From: an uncultured Candidatus Saccharibacteria bacterium
GTDB taxonomy: Bacteria > Patescibacteriota > Saccharimonadia > Saccharimonadales > SZUA-47
DNA length: 24,000 bases
Assembly (NCBI GenBank): GCA_964351635.1
Contig: CAYGOR010000001.1
Location: forward strand, 9,086 to 33,085
Direction: 5' to 3'
Shown one piece after another: positions 16,201 to 23,317 of the stretch. Under the pieces are notes generated by a model that saw only the letters and a program-made list of their open reading frames with translations, was not told where the DNA came from and searched no databases. Each line of letters begins with the position of its first letter. Within the stretch, counting starts at the first letter, position 1. The position numbers and the translations under genes were made by a program.

Positions 16201-16844
16201 CAGCTCCAAATATTAGCGAACCCCGACGTGTCGTTATTGGTACGTCCATACACGGCTCAGAGAACGCAGGTCAGTTCCTGGTTCATGAACTTTTATACAA
16301 TACGGATTTGCCGGACGACGTAGAACTAATTGCAATACCTGAAATAAATAAGTCTGGAGTACCTTTTAGCAAGCGAAAAAATGCCACCGGAACTGACGAA
16401 TCTAATAGAAGTGATATCACGATAGGGGTAGACCTCAACAGGAACTGGGACTACAACTGGTCTAGCGCGGGGTCCACTGACCCAACCAACAAAAATTACC
16501 GAGGTACTGAACCTGAGAGCGAACCAGAAACAAAAGCTGTTGCTGACTTTTTACGTTCGCTCGGCAAGGTAGATTTGTTTGCTAGCTTTCACGCTAACCT
16601 AGACTATGTTGCCCCCGTCGGCAACACGCCAATAGAAGTAGCGGTTGCATACAGCAGTCGGTCTGGGATGAACGTAGGTAACGGACGAACGCAATATGTT
16701 GAACAGAGCGGCTCCATGGATGCTTGGTTTAATTCACTGACAGGCAGCCCGACTCTCTTGGTTGAGCTGTCTAGCTCAGACTCACGAGCCTATATTCACA
16801 AGCAAGTTAACTCAATGCTCGAGGCTATAGATGCTCTTCCTTAA
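13266..16844 (+). CDS. Large membrane-anchored protein: ~204-aa charged cytoplasmic low-complexity N-terminus, TM helix, ~750-aa unknown domain, and a C-terminal M14 zinc-carboxypeptidase-like domain
   Basis: TM GIYALVGGIGVTLAVVGAFLAIPQL (from nt 13878). M14 hallmarks: HGSE (His996 at 16251, Glu999), VDLNRNWDYNW, and SFHAN (His1109 at 16590). A GAGGG SD lies upstream of ATG 13266. Confidence 0.7.
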   Translation: MAEPARNLADDEGDKSPKKIKATLKIVQGEGKGDGIPAGKLSAAKGPRRRRPAKKPAGGSGSRPRHLSVVPDAPDDSTGSSVGNGGQAPVFAPPNASDRIADGNIDDDGNPTLEDEDSKDASDSEEAKENSNSEAPDSSNSANEIPFKENDATPEDGQDKSGVSDDELNKFGFANDPDKGSWANATDQAKRNAQIKKNNSKKKKGIYALVGGIGVTLAVVGAFLAIPQLAMNNALDKLTSRFSDRMSYAVEKRFDKYVGKYVTKNVAPSLKDGRCGKTLTASCIKVNESTGLVRTAITGWNDARLESRLEKSAGVTFQRRADTNEIDLVGRDGKVLTSFGQRISSRQLEDLIRKETNYEGVLKRRHLRSVGSRYGVKWCLSFVVNEKICGARNKADELNTRFSAFKRRQLLMIARVAEPISTRGGAVLFCMLQSSCDIDKNTGLEDSLKLLGKADDEAFRKIVDEIGDKKVSQYLVDKILDITIRQALPKVATAISSAATGVGAIYGAAIILDLIDRFDTAIDSGALKAFILDRNAQAAMLFMSTIVSGIEEAQDFSVGMPEISATFQQLTGFNVSRFYQSLASGEPTSELSCNDGYLIPKDSPELVCPENSLQPDVPVEEFLSGPEFQFATDHLLKEWRTCYIFSLKGGCAETVGDTARRGLKAVDGVFGAVGGLISFAINKIPGVSSFTEYLGTHFASVLNTVINKGLPISVDATAVGWRAFDQMAAAFDYSYNQLLGGYQDEQGQFQGFGAGEISEEDAEELDVAIADWRGEKLQSQSVFARYLDVTNPDSLAATSLTRVSFALPFAGQASQLPSPVNFASLFGGLFGNKASAAIPSNVYSESNFGVTQHAFTVEQLETDPEELTEEFCAEEKAAFAEARENDKAATSLCMLDEAMVDMVTKAFSPDPPGTSISTLVGTQSSFTGLDGPTIPYNQHETPTTVVRTGRYADWSGLTPTGVLGQNSAGQPINVYVRNAAPNISEPRRVVIGTSIHGSENAGQFLVHELLYNTDLPDDVELIAIPEINKSGVPFSKRKNATGTDESNRSDITIGVDLNRNWDYNWSSAGSTDPTNKNYRGTEPESEPETKAVADFLRSLGKVDLFASFHANLDYVAPVGNTPIEVAVAYSSRSGMNVGNGRTQYVEQSGSMDAWFNSLTGSPTLLVELSSSDSRAYIHKQVNSMLEAIDALP

Positions 16845-18186
16845 GGCAAAGCCGTTTGTTGTAATGCTAGCCGTAGTGATTCTGCTGTTTTCACAATCTA
16901 TCTCAGTGTCTGCAGAGCTACTGCCATTCACAACGGATGACTTAAATTCCGTAAATAGGTCAGAGAATTTTCGTGACCGCATATTCACTACCACCCAAGC
17001 CTGCAGTCTGGATATTTCAGCAGGCAACGCAACTAAAGAAGAGCTCTACCAGAACGCATGGAATTACTTAACTGACCCTGCTGGAATAGGGCTATCTCCT
17101 GAGGCTGCGGCCGGAATTATGGGTAACCTCGACAAAGAGTCAGCCGGAACAATGGATCCCCAAATTGTACAGTTTTCCGCAAACTTCCCAGACAACAGGA
17201 GCCCTGAGCTACCGATAGATGAAATACGGGGTAAGTATGGTTATGGTATTGCTCAGTGGACTTACGGCCCTCGACAGGACAACTTGATTGCATATGCAAG
17301 TGAGACAAATCGCTCTAGCGGTGACCTAGGGCTACAGCTTGACTTTCTATTGAAAGAATTAAGCGAGTCCTACGTGGGAGTTAAGGCAGTGATGGAAGAT
17401 CCTGATGTCACAATTGAGAGGGCGTCCGATGTATTTTTGCTTGAGTTCGAGCGGCCAGCAGCCGTCCTTCCTCCCCCTAGAGGCACAGCAGAATCAAAAG
17501 CCAACGAGATCGCTGACAGGCGAGAGCGTGGTGTTCGAATATTCAACACTTACTCAAACTTACCTGCAGGTTCATTCAAATCATCGACTTGTGCTGCCGG
17601 AATCAATGGTAGCGTTATTGTTGACATGGAGTCAGCTGACACAAGCGCTGTTCCTTGTGCACCCGGAACCGAAGACGCAGGAATTACTCAGGGGTACAGA
17701 AGAGGTGAAGAAACTACGATTCGCCTCTGTAACATTACCGTGAATGGCCGCACAAGTCGCGTTAATTCACAGTTATCGGGTCCTCTGCTGGCACTCTTCA
17801 ACACAGCGAGAGGAAGTGGCGTTCCTTTAGAGCTAAATGGAATATTTAGAGATATGGACGGTCAAATTGGAATATATACTAAATGGTGTAGTTCGGGCGG
17901 CATTACGCCGACGCCACCTCCTTATCCAAAAGCTTCGTATAGTGATTACACTCGTTGTCCTGGAGGAGCGCCACCAGGCTACTCGAATCATCAAATGGGG
18001 CTTGCGATAGATTTTAACTGTGACGGCTCACTAATCCCTCAGTCCTATTCATCCGCTCAGTTAAATGAGTGTTTCCAGTGGCTTGTCTCAAATGCAGGAG
18101 TTTTTGGATTATTTGAACTAGGAAAAGGAGAAAATCGTAATGGCTCAGGCTACGAAGGTTGGCACTGGTCAGTAGATGGAAGGTAA
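16831..18186 (+). CDS. Secreted two-domain peptidoglycan hydrolase: phage-tail-lysozyme-like N-domain plus M15 (VanY-like) C-domain
   Basis: Signal peptide ...LLFSQSISVSA. Lysozyme-like motifs AAAGIMGNLDKESAG and YGYGIAQWTYGPRQDNL. M15 motifs GYSNHQMGLAIDF (His387 at 17989) and EGWHWS. A GAGG SD lies 6 nt upstream. The gene overlaps the upstream gene by 14 nt. Confidence 0.75.
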   Translation: MLFLKAKPFVVMLAVVILLFSQSISVSAELLPFTTDDLNSVNRSENFRDRIFTTTQACSLDISAGNATKEELYQNAWNYLTDPAGIGLSPEAAAGIMGNLDKESAGTMDPQIVQFSANFPDNRSPELPIDEIRGKYGYGIAQWTYGPRQDNLIAYASETNRSSGDLGLQLDFLLKELSESYVGVKAVMEDPDVTIERASDVFLLEFERPAAVLPPPRGTAESKANEIADRRERGVRIFNTYSNLPAGSFKSSTCAAGINGSVIVDMESADTSAVPCAPGTEDAGITQGYRRGEETTIRLCNITVNGRTSRVNSQLSGPLLALFNTARGSGVPLELNGIFRDMDGQIGIYTKWCSSGGITPTPPPYPKASYSDYTRCPGGAPPGYSNHQMGLAIDFNCDGSLIPQSYSSAQLNECFQWLVSNAGVFGLFELGKGENRNGSGYEGWHWSVDGR

Positions 18187-18187
18187 T

Positions 18188-18928
18188 ATGAGAAAAAATA
18201 GATCAATATTAATTCTAGTGATTGTAGCGACAATTATTTTAGCTACTGTCATCGGACTTTACTTAGTTAACCAAAGTGGAGACATTGTAAACCCTAACGA
18301 GGATGAACTAATCGAAGGGGACGCGGCAGGTGTTAGCTACGCGGTTATATATAGTTCGAGTGAATTGTATAGCTTCTTAAACCAAAACGACGACACGTAT
18401 AGACTGATCGAGGAAGACTTAAGCCGTTTTGTACAAATAACAAATCCTAGTTTTACCGACCCAGATACTCTTTATGGCTTCACAATTACAAAATCCGCCA
18501 TAAATGGTGATACTGCTGAATTCGAAGGCAAGTTCTATGCCTTGAATGACAATATAAAACTTGAGGTACAAAAATTTAGCGGCGGTAAAATCAGTCTTTC
18601 AGTAACAAATCAAAGCACGGGAGAAAATGTTGACGAGCAGTTAAACTTAGGTGGCAAAAAGAACGAAGTTATAATATCTCTACCTATAGAAGAAGATAAT
18701 TACTCAATAAGATATTTAAACTCTGAAGACAAAATTGTAGTTAGCTTTCTGCCTGGTTATTCGCGCGAAGAAGCTGTAAAAACAAAAACAATACTGCAAA
18801 ACCTATTCGAGGGTCAGTATCCTGAGAGTGAGGTACTATTGGCTATAAACGGCATTGGTACATTCTCCTCAATAGAAGAAATAATATCTTTTGCAGACGA
18901 CCCAGACAATAAACCTTTCGAGCGGTAG
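18188..18928 (+). CDS. Bitopic membrane protein of unknown family; its VirB8/PrgL-like topology is the only link to T4SS
   Basis: MRKNRS followed by TM ILILVIVATIILATVIGLYLV, then a ~215-aa extracytoplasmic domain. GGAAGG SD at 18178-18183. ATG 18188 lies 1 nt after the upstream stop. The track start at 18176 is less likely. Confidence 0.6.
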   Translation: MRKNRSILILVIVATIILATVIGLYLVNQSGDIVNPNEDELIEGDAAGVSYAVIYSSSELYSFLNQNDDTYRLIEEDLSRFVQITNPSFTDPDTLYGFTITKSAINGDTAEFEGKFYALNDNIKLEVQKFSGGKISLSVTNQSTGENVDEQLNLGGKKNEVIISLPIEEDNYSIRYLNSEDKIVVSFLPGYSREEAVKTKTILQNLFEGQYPESEVLLAINGIGTFSSIEEIISFADDPDNKPFER

Positions 18929-18931
18929 AAA

Positions 18932-19972
18932 CTATGTTATTGGTATAACGTTGCTGTCAGAAAAGTGTTCGGCGGCAATGTCCGCGTCAGTGGTAGTTAT
19001 GAATGACTGGTATTGCTGGAGATTATCGGCTAGTGTTCGACGACGCTTTCCATCAAGCTCACTAAAAACGTCGTCTAGTAGAAATATTGGTTGAATGTCT
19101 GAAAGCTCGCTCAGCTGCTGCATTTCCGCTAGTTTGAGTGATAGGACAATGCTTCGGCTCTCACCGCGTGAAGCGCTGCTGCGTGCGTCATGGGCATTAA
19201 GAACAAAGCTAATGTCATCACGATGCGGACCATTTCCTGTATAGCCTCTAATTCTGTCTAAATCGAAAGAGTCTCTCAATTTTTTAGCAAGTGAATCTGC
19301 GTAGTTTTCAATCGGCAGTTTACTGTCTATAGAAATAGACAGCTTGTCCTCTGAGAGGCTAATCGATTGATAAGCTTCAGCTGCCTGCTGACCTAGAATA
19401 TTAATGTAGTAATCGCGCAGTCTGGTAATAATCCCTGCATGCTCACACAGTTGAACGTCCCAGACAAACATATGGTCGCTTTGCACCGAATCAGACTTGA
19501 GCAGTCTATTTCTTTGCTGCAAGGCTCGCCGGTATTTTCGCAAACTCTCGTCATATTTGGCGTCAACCTGAGCAATAAAATCATCCACATAGCGCCTCCG
19601 CCTCTCGGGGTCACCGCTTAAAAGCAGCAGGTGAGATGGGTCAAAAACAGATACAGGAAGCTTTAGTCTGTGTGGAAGTCTTTTGTATTCAACGTCAGCC
19701 ACCTCAAAACTTTTCTTTCCTCCAGCGGCTAACTTAACCGATCTGTTTTCACCAGCCACAGAACCGTCTATCCGGGCCCATTCATCATCGAACGAGATCA
19801 TCTCGCTATCACTACTGCGAAACGATTGGCCACTGTGTAACATATGAATCGCTTCGAGGGCGTTAGTCTTTCCGCTAGCATTAGGCCCAACAATAATGTT
19901 AACCCCGCTATTAAAAGAAAAAAGGCTGTTTTGGTGAGAGCGAACGTGTTGAAGCTGCAGGGACTGGATCAT
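18932..19972 (-). CDS. recF: DNA replication and repair protein RecF
   Basis: N-terminus MIQSLQLQHVRSHQNSLFSFNSGVNIIVGPNASGKTNALEAI (Walker A). C-terminal PIFLLDDVFSELD (Walker B/signature region). Synteny with dnaN-dnaA. Confidence 0.9.
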   Translation of the reverse strand: MIQSLQLQHVRSHQNSLFSFNSGVNIIVGPNASGKTNALEAIHMLHSGQSFRSSDSEMISFDDEWARIDGSVAGENRSVKLAAGGKKSFEVADVEYKRLPHRLKLPVSVFDPSHLLLLSGDPERRRRYVDDFIAQVDAKYDESLRKYRRALQQRNRLLKSDSVQSDHMFVWDVQLCEHAGIITRLRDYYINILGQQAAEAYQSISLSEDKLSISIDSKLPIENYADSLAKKLRDSFDLDRIRGYTGNGPHRDDISFVLNAHDARSSASRGESRSIVLSLKLAEMQQLSELSDIQPIFLLDDVFSELDGKRRRTLADNLQQYQSFITTTDADIAAEHFSDSNVIPIT

Positions 19973-20002
19973 ATTTATCAGTATAGCGTTATCTTACGCG
20001 TA

Positions 20003-21097
20003 CTAACTCTTGACTGGCATAATTACGTGAAGGTATGACTCATCTTGCGGGTCGGTGAATACACATGGATCAAGTTTGCCATTGATGTTTATCTTAATCT
20101 GTTTTCCGTTAAATGCATTGAGTGCGTCCATAATATACCGTGAGTTTAGAGTGATGACGGCGTCACCGTCTACCTCAGCTTCGGCTGATGCAGTATTTTC
20201 TCCAACCTGAGAGGCGATAGAATTAATGCTTACTTGTTTCTTCGCAGCATCTATATTCAGCGTGACGCTACCGGCTGACTCCCTTGCAAACAGGCTTGAA
20301 ACTTTTGTTATTTCTGTAATGGCGCTACGCTCAACTACAGCTGTAGTCTCGAATGAGCTAGGAAGCAGTCTGCCGTACTCTGGGTATTGTCCGTCTACAA
20401 GTCTCGTGACTATCTCTACCTCGTCTACCATAAACCTCGCTTGGTTATCGTCATAAGTCATGACAACATCGCTCGACTCATCTTTTATTGCCCTTGATAC
20501 CTCAGCTAATGAGCTAGCTGGAAGAAGCACGTTCAGCCCAGCTTCAGTTTTGTTGCTAAGACGCTTTTCTGCAAGACGGTAGGAGTCTGTTGCCGCGCAT
20601 ATCAAGTGTCCTTTCTGTTCCTGTAATGTTACGCCGGTAAGTACTGGCCGCGTTTCGTCAGTTGAGGCTGCAAATAAAACCTGGCTAAGAGTTTGTTTTA
20701 ACTCTGGAGCTGACCAGATCAGTTCTTTGGCGTTATCTATCGTAGGCATAGCAGGGAACTCGTCAGCAGGCATACCGTTGATAGTCGAACTAAACCGCTC
20801 GGCTTCTATGTGTAGTTTTACTCCATCAACATCTAGTTTTAATTGTCCTGGAGGTAAACTAGCTACAAAATCCTGCATTAATCTAGCTGGAACTGTAATC
20901 GCGCCTTGAGTGGTTACTTTAGCTCCAACGTGTTCTGTAATTGCAATATCAAGGTTAGTAGCTGCAACAGTCAGCCTGTTTCCGCTAGTTCTTAAAAGTA
21001 CGTTTGATAGAACTGGCAGACTAGCGCGGCTACTAGCCACTCTTGAAACACTAGCTAGGGCTTTTGCTAAATTTTCTTGATGAACTGTAAGTCGCAT
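20003..21097 (-). CDS. dnaN: DNA polymerase III beta sliding clamp
   Basis: 364 aa, with N-terminal pattern L..AL..V.RV.S.R...PVLSNVLL......L...ATNLDIAI. AGGGAG SD upstream. Located directly downstream of dnaA. Confidence 0.9.
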   Translation of the reverse strand: MRLTVHQENLAKALASVSRVASSRASLPVLSNVLLRTSGNRLTVAATNLDIAITEHVGAKVTTQGAITVPARLMQDFVASLPPGQLKLDVDGVKLHIEAERFSSTINGMPADEFPAMPTIDNAKELIWSAPELKQTLSQVLFAASTDETRPVLTGVTLQEQKGHLICAATDSYRLAEKRLSNKTEAGLNVLLPASSLAEVSRAIKDESSDVVMTYDDNQARFMVDEVEIVTRLVDGQYPEYGRLLPSSFETTAVVERSAITEITKVSSLFARESAGSVTLNIDAAKKQVSINSIASQVGENTASAEAEVDGDAVITLNSRYIMDALNAFNGKQIKININGKLDPCVFTDPQDESYLHVIMPVKS

Positions 21098-21366
21098 GTG
21101 CTCTGGTCTCCCTTTAAGTTATTTAAATGTAGTTATAGTTATAGGTGCAGTGGAGAAGTAGGAAAAGTAACCCGAACCATCTGTTATTTGACGGGAAAAA
21201 CGCAGTGGATTAGCGGTGGAGTTACCTAGGTTTATTGTGTGGATTAATGATGATCGAGAAAAAGTAGCTGTGGGTAAGGACATCTCTTTACTCATGTTTT
21301 GCACCGCTTCAGAAACTCTTGCGCACATTGCTTGCACAGCATTTCCACAGGTTTTAGGTAGAAAAT
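21098..21366. promoter_or_regulatory. dnaA-dnaN spacer: candidate second oriC segment / unwinding region
   Basis: AT-rich tract 21117-21146 including TAGTTATAGTTATAG (21130-21144). Purine-rich trinucleotide run AAG TAG GAA AAG TAA. Weak DnaA boxes TGTGGATTA (21238-21246, 1 mismatch) and AGTGGATTA (21204-21212, 2 mismatches). Confidence 0.35.
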
Positions 21367-22752
21367 TCATGAAACTCGGTCCTTTATGTCGCTAATTTGC
21401 TGCCTGAGAACGGGATTTATAGCTAATTCTTTGCTGATTTTGTCTACCGAGTGAATTGCTGTTGTATGGTCTTTGCGTCCGCATTCGTGGGCAATTTTAG
21501 GGAAGCTCAGGTGCAGCTCTTCACGCATTAAATACATTGCAATTTGCCTTGGAACAACGATCTCTTTATCTCTTTTTGGGCTCAATATGTCAGTAAGCGG
21601 CACAGAATAATAGTCAGCCACAGTCTCCAGCAGCTTCTTAGGAGTTATGTGCTTAGCGCGATTAGAACTATTTGCTAAAACTGCTTTTGCAACTGCTAGG
21701 TCCGGGTCCAAGCCTTTCATTTCACAGAAAGCCACTAATTGGTTTAGCGCTCCCTCGAGCTCTCGGATGTTTGTCTTTACATGATTTGCCAGGAACTCAA
21801 CTACGTCAGCAGGTAGATTTAAGTTTTGGGTTTCTGCTTTGGCCTGCACGATTGCAGCCCGTGTTTCGAATTCGGGTGTCCTCATATCAACAGACATCCC
21901 CATAGCAAAGCGGCTTTTTAATCGTTCTTCCAGGGTCGCTATTTCGTGCGGAGGTTTATCGCTGCTGATGATCACTTGTTTGTTTGCTTGGTGGAGCGCG
22001 TTAAACGTATGGAAAAATTCTTCCTGGGTTTTTTCTTTGCCTGTAATGAATTGGATGTCATCGATTATCAGCACATCTGCGCTTCGGTAGTGTCCAGCAA
22101 ACTCAGTATTCTTTTTGAAACGAATGGCGTCGAGAAATTCCTGAACGAATTGTTCTGTAGACACATAGACGACATGCGCACTGGGGTTTCTGCGCAGTAT
22201 TTCATTACCAACAGCTTGAATCAGATGAGTTTTACCAATACCTACGCCGCCGTATACAAACAAAGGATTATATTTTTCCCCAGGAGTTGCCGCAACGGCT
22301 TGGCAGGCTGCGTACGCTAGGTCGTTGGCTCCACCAACAATAAAAGAATCAAAAGTGTACTTGCTATTCAGACCTTGTCGATACTTGTGTGCCACACCCG
22401 AACTTGTCTCAGCGGGTTTTTTCTTCACTGACGGCACAGCTAAATCGGTGTTGAGTTCAATCGCATCAGTGTTACGGCGAGGTTTATTACCCCTGGTAGA
22501 CGGAGAGCTGTATATTTTAAACTCCATGGTTTTTGGTCTAACGCCGTTTTTATCCAGCAAATCCATTAGGGTGTCTTGATACCGTCTCTCGAGCTGCTGC
22601 TTTATAAAAACGTTAGGAACACCCACAACTGCCGACTCAGGGGAATATTCTAGTAGCTCAGTGTTTTTGAACCACGTTACGTATTGTCCGCGAGTCACGG
22701 TCAATTCAACCTCTCCTAGAACTGCTTGCCATATTCCGCCAGTTGCCTGCAC
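21367..22752 (-). CDS. dnaA: Chromosomal replication initiator DnaA
   Basis: Walker A GGVGIGKTH, Walker B LIIDDIQF, and C-terminal DNA-binding region (REIVVPRQIAMYLMRE...GRKDHTTAIHS). GTG start at 22752 with a GAGGGA SD. Confidence 0.95.
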   Translation of the reverse strand: MQATGGIWQAVLGEVELTVTRGQYVTWFKNTELLEYSPESAVVGVPNVFIKQQLERRYQDTLMDLLDKNGVRPKTMEFKIYSSPSTRGNKPRRNTDAIELNTDLAVPSVKKKPAETSSGVAHKYRQGLNSKYTFDSFIVGGANDLAYAACQAVAATPGEKYNPLFVYGGVGIGKTHLIQAVGNEILRRNPSAHVVYVSTEQFVQEFLDAIRFKKNTEFAGHYRSADVLIIDDIQFITGKEKTQEEFFHTFNALHQANKQVIISSDKPPHEIATLEERLKSRFAMGMSVDMRTPEFETRAAIVQAKAETQNLNLPADVVEFLANHVKTNIRELEGALNQLVAFCEMKGLDPDLAVAKAVLANSSNRAKHITPKKLLETVADYYSVPLTDILSPKRDKEIVVPRQIAMYLMREELHLSFPKIAHECGRKDHTTAIHSVDKISKELAINPVLRQQISDIKDRVS

Positions 22753-22815
22753 TGCTATCCCTCTTCATCACTTTTTATTAAGTCGCTTGTAAAAATAGTA
22801 GCAGAAATGAGTGGG

Positions 22816-22939
22816 TTTTCCACAGCCACTTTCACAACACCACAAAAACACCAAAAATGGCGACTTTAGAGGTATATTTATCCACAAGACGTTTTTACCC
22901 CTGTTAATTATGTGGACAATAACTGTGGATAGTGGATAA
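22816..22939. promoter_or_regulatory. DnaA-box cluster (oriC / dnaA autoregulatory region) between dnaA and rpmH
   Basis: TTATCCACA perfect at 22878-22886. One-mismatch boxes: TTTTCCACA 22816-22824, TGTGGACAA 22911-22919, TGTGGATAG 22924-22932 and AGTGGATAA 22931-22939. Confidence 0.75.
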
Positions 22940-23047
22940 GCCAACACATAATGCGAGGGTTTTGCAGAGTTTTCCAAACTATGAGCTAACATATCTTCTA
23001 CTTTCCACTACTACTTTAAGACCGCTAAACTAACAAGAGATGAGCCC

Positions 23048-23076
23048 TTGAAACTTTGCTGTAACAGTGGTACACT
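23048..23076 (+). promoter_or_regulatory. Candidate rpmH promoter TTGAAA (23048-23053), 17-nt spacer, TACACT (23071-23076)
   Basis: Read directly. Only 9 nt separate the -10 from ATG 23086, and there is no SD. Confidence 0.45.
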
Positions 23077-23085
23077 AGTCCAACT

Positions 23086-23223
23086 ATGCCGAAGAGAACA
23101 TTCCAACCAAAAAAGCGACATCGCTCCCGGGTACACGGATTCTTAAAAAGAATGTCTACCAGACAAGGGAAGTCAGTCGTTAAGCGCCGCCGTGAAAAGG
23201 GTCGCGCTAGACTAACTCATTAA
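23086..23223 (+). CDS. rpmH: 50S ribosomal protein L34
   Basis: 45-aa ORF, below the track cutoff: [45 protein letters not shown]. Canonical L34 sequence and canonical position upstream of rnpA. Confidence 0.95.
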   Translation: MPKRTFQPKKRHRSRVHGFLKRMSTRQGKSVVKRRREKGRARLTH

Positions 23224-23274
23224 AGCCAGCTCTAACCTTCGAACCTATATTCGTAGCTAGTAGGCTGGTTTTTT
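23222..23274 (+). terminator. Possible attenuator/terminator hairpin between rpmH and rnpA
   Basis: AAAGCCAGC (23222-23230) pairs with GCTGGTTTT (23264 onward). An inner stem CTTCGAA/TTCGTAG follows, then a T6 run (23269-23274). The long loop makes this weak. Confidence 0.3.
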
Positions 23275-23317
23275 GGTTGTCGCGCGCTATTGAGCAAAAA
23301 AGGCTACACTTATTATT

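Noticed and set aside
1885-18928. Integrative conjugative element or plasmid remnant
   Set aside because: No integrase, relaxase, coupling protein, oriT-like repeat, flanking direct repeats or tRNA target is present in the window. The flanks are core replication and housekeeping genes, and codon and base composition look uniform by eye. This cannot be fully excluded without the rest of the genome.
21119-21370. 83-aa minus-strand ORF filling the dnaA-dnaN spacer
   Set aside because: It has no recognisable motif and no SD. It overlaps the AT-rich and DnaA-box-like elements, and it overlaps the dnaA stop. The spacer is more plausibly non-coding origin/regulatory DNA.
22768-22992. 74-aa minus-strand ORF upstream of dnaA
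   Set aside because: It lies directly over the DnaA-box cluster. It has odd composition (W/C/H/F-rich) and no translation signals.
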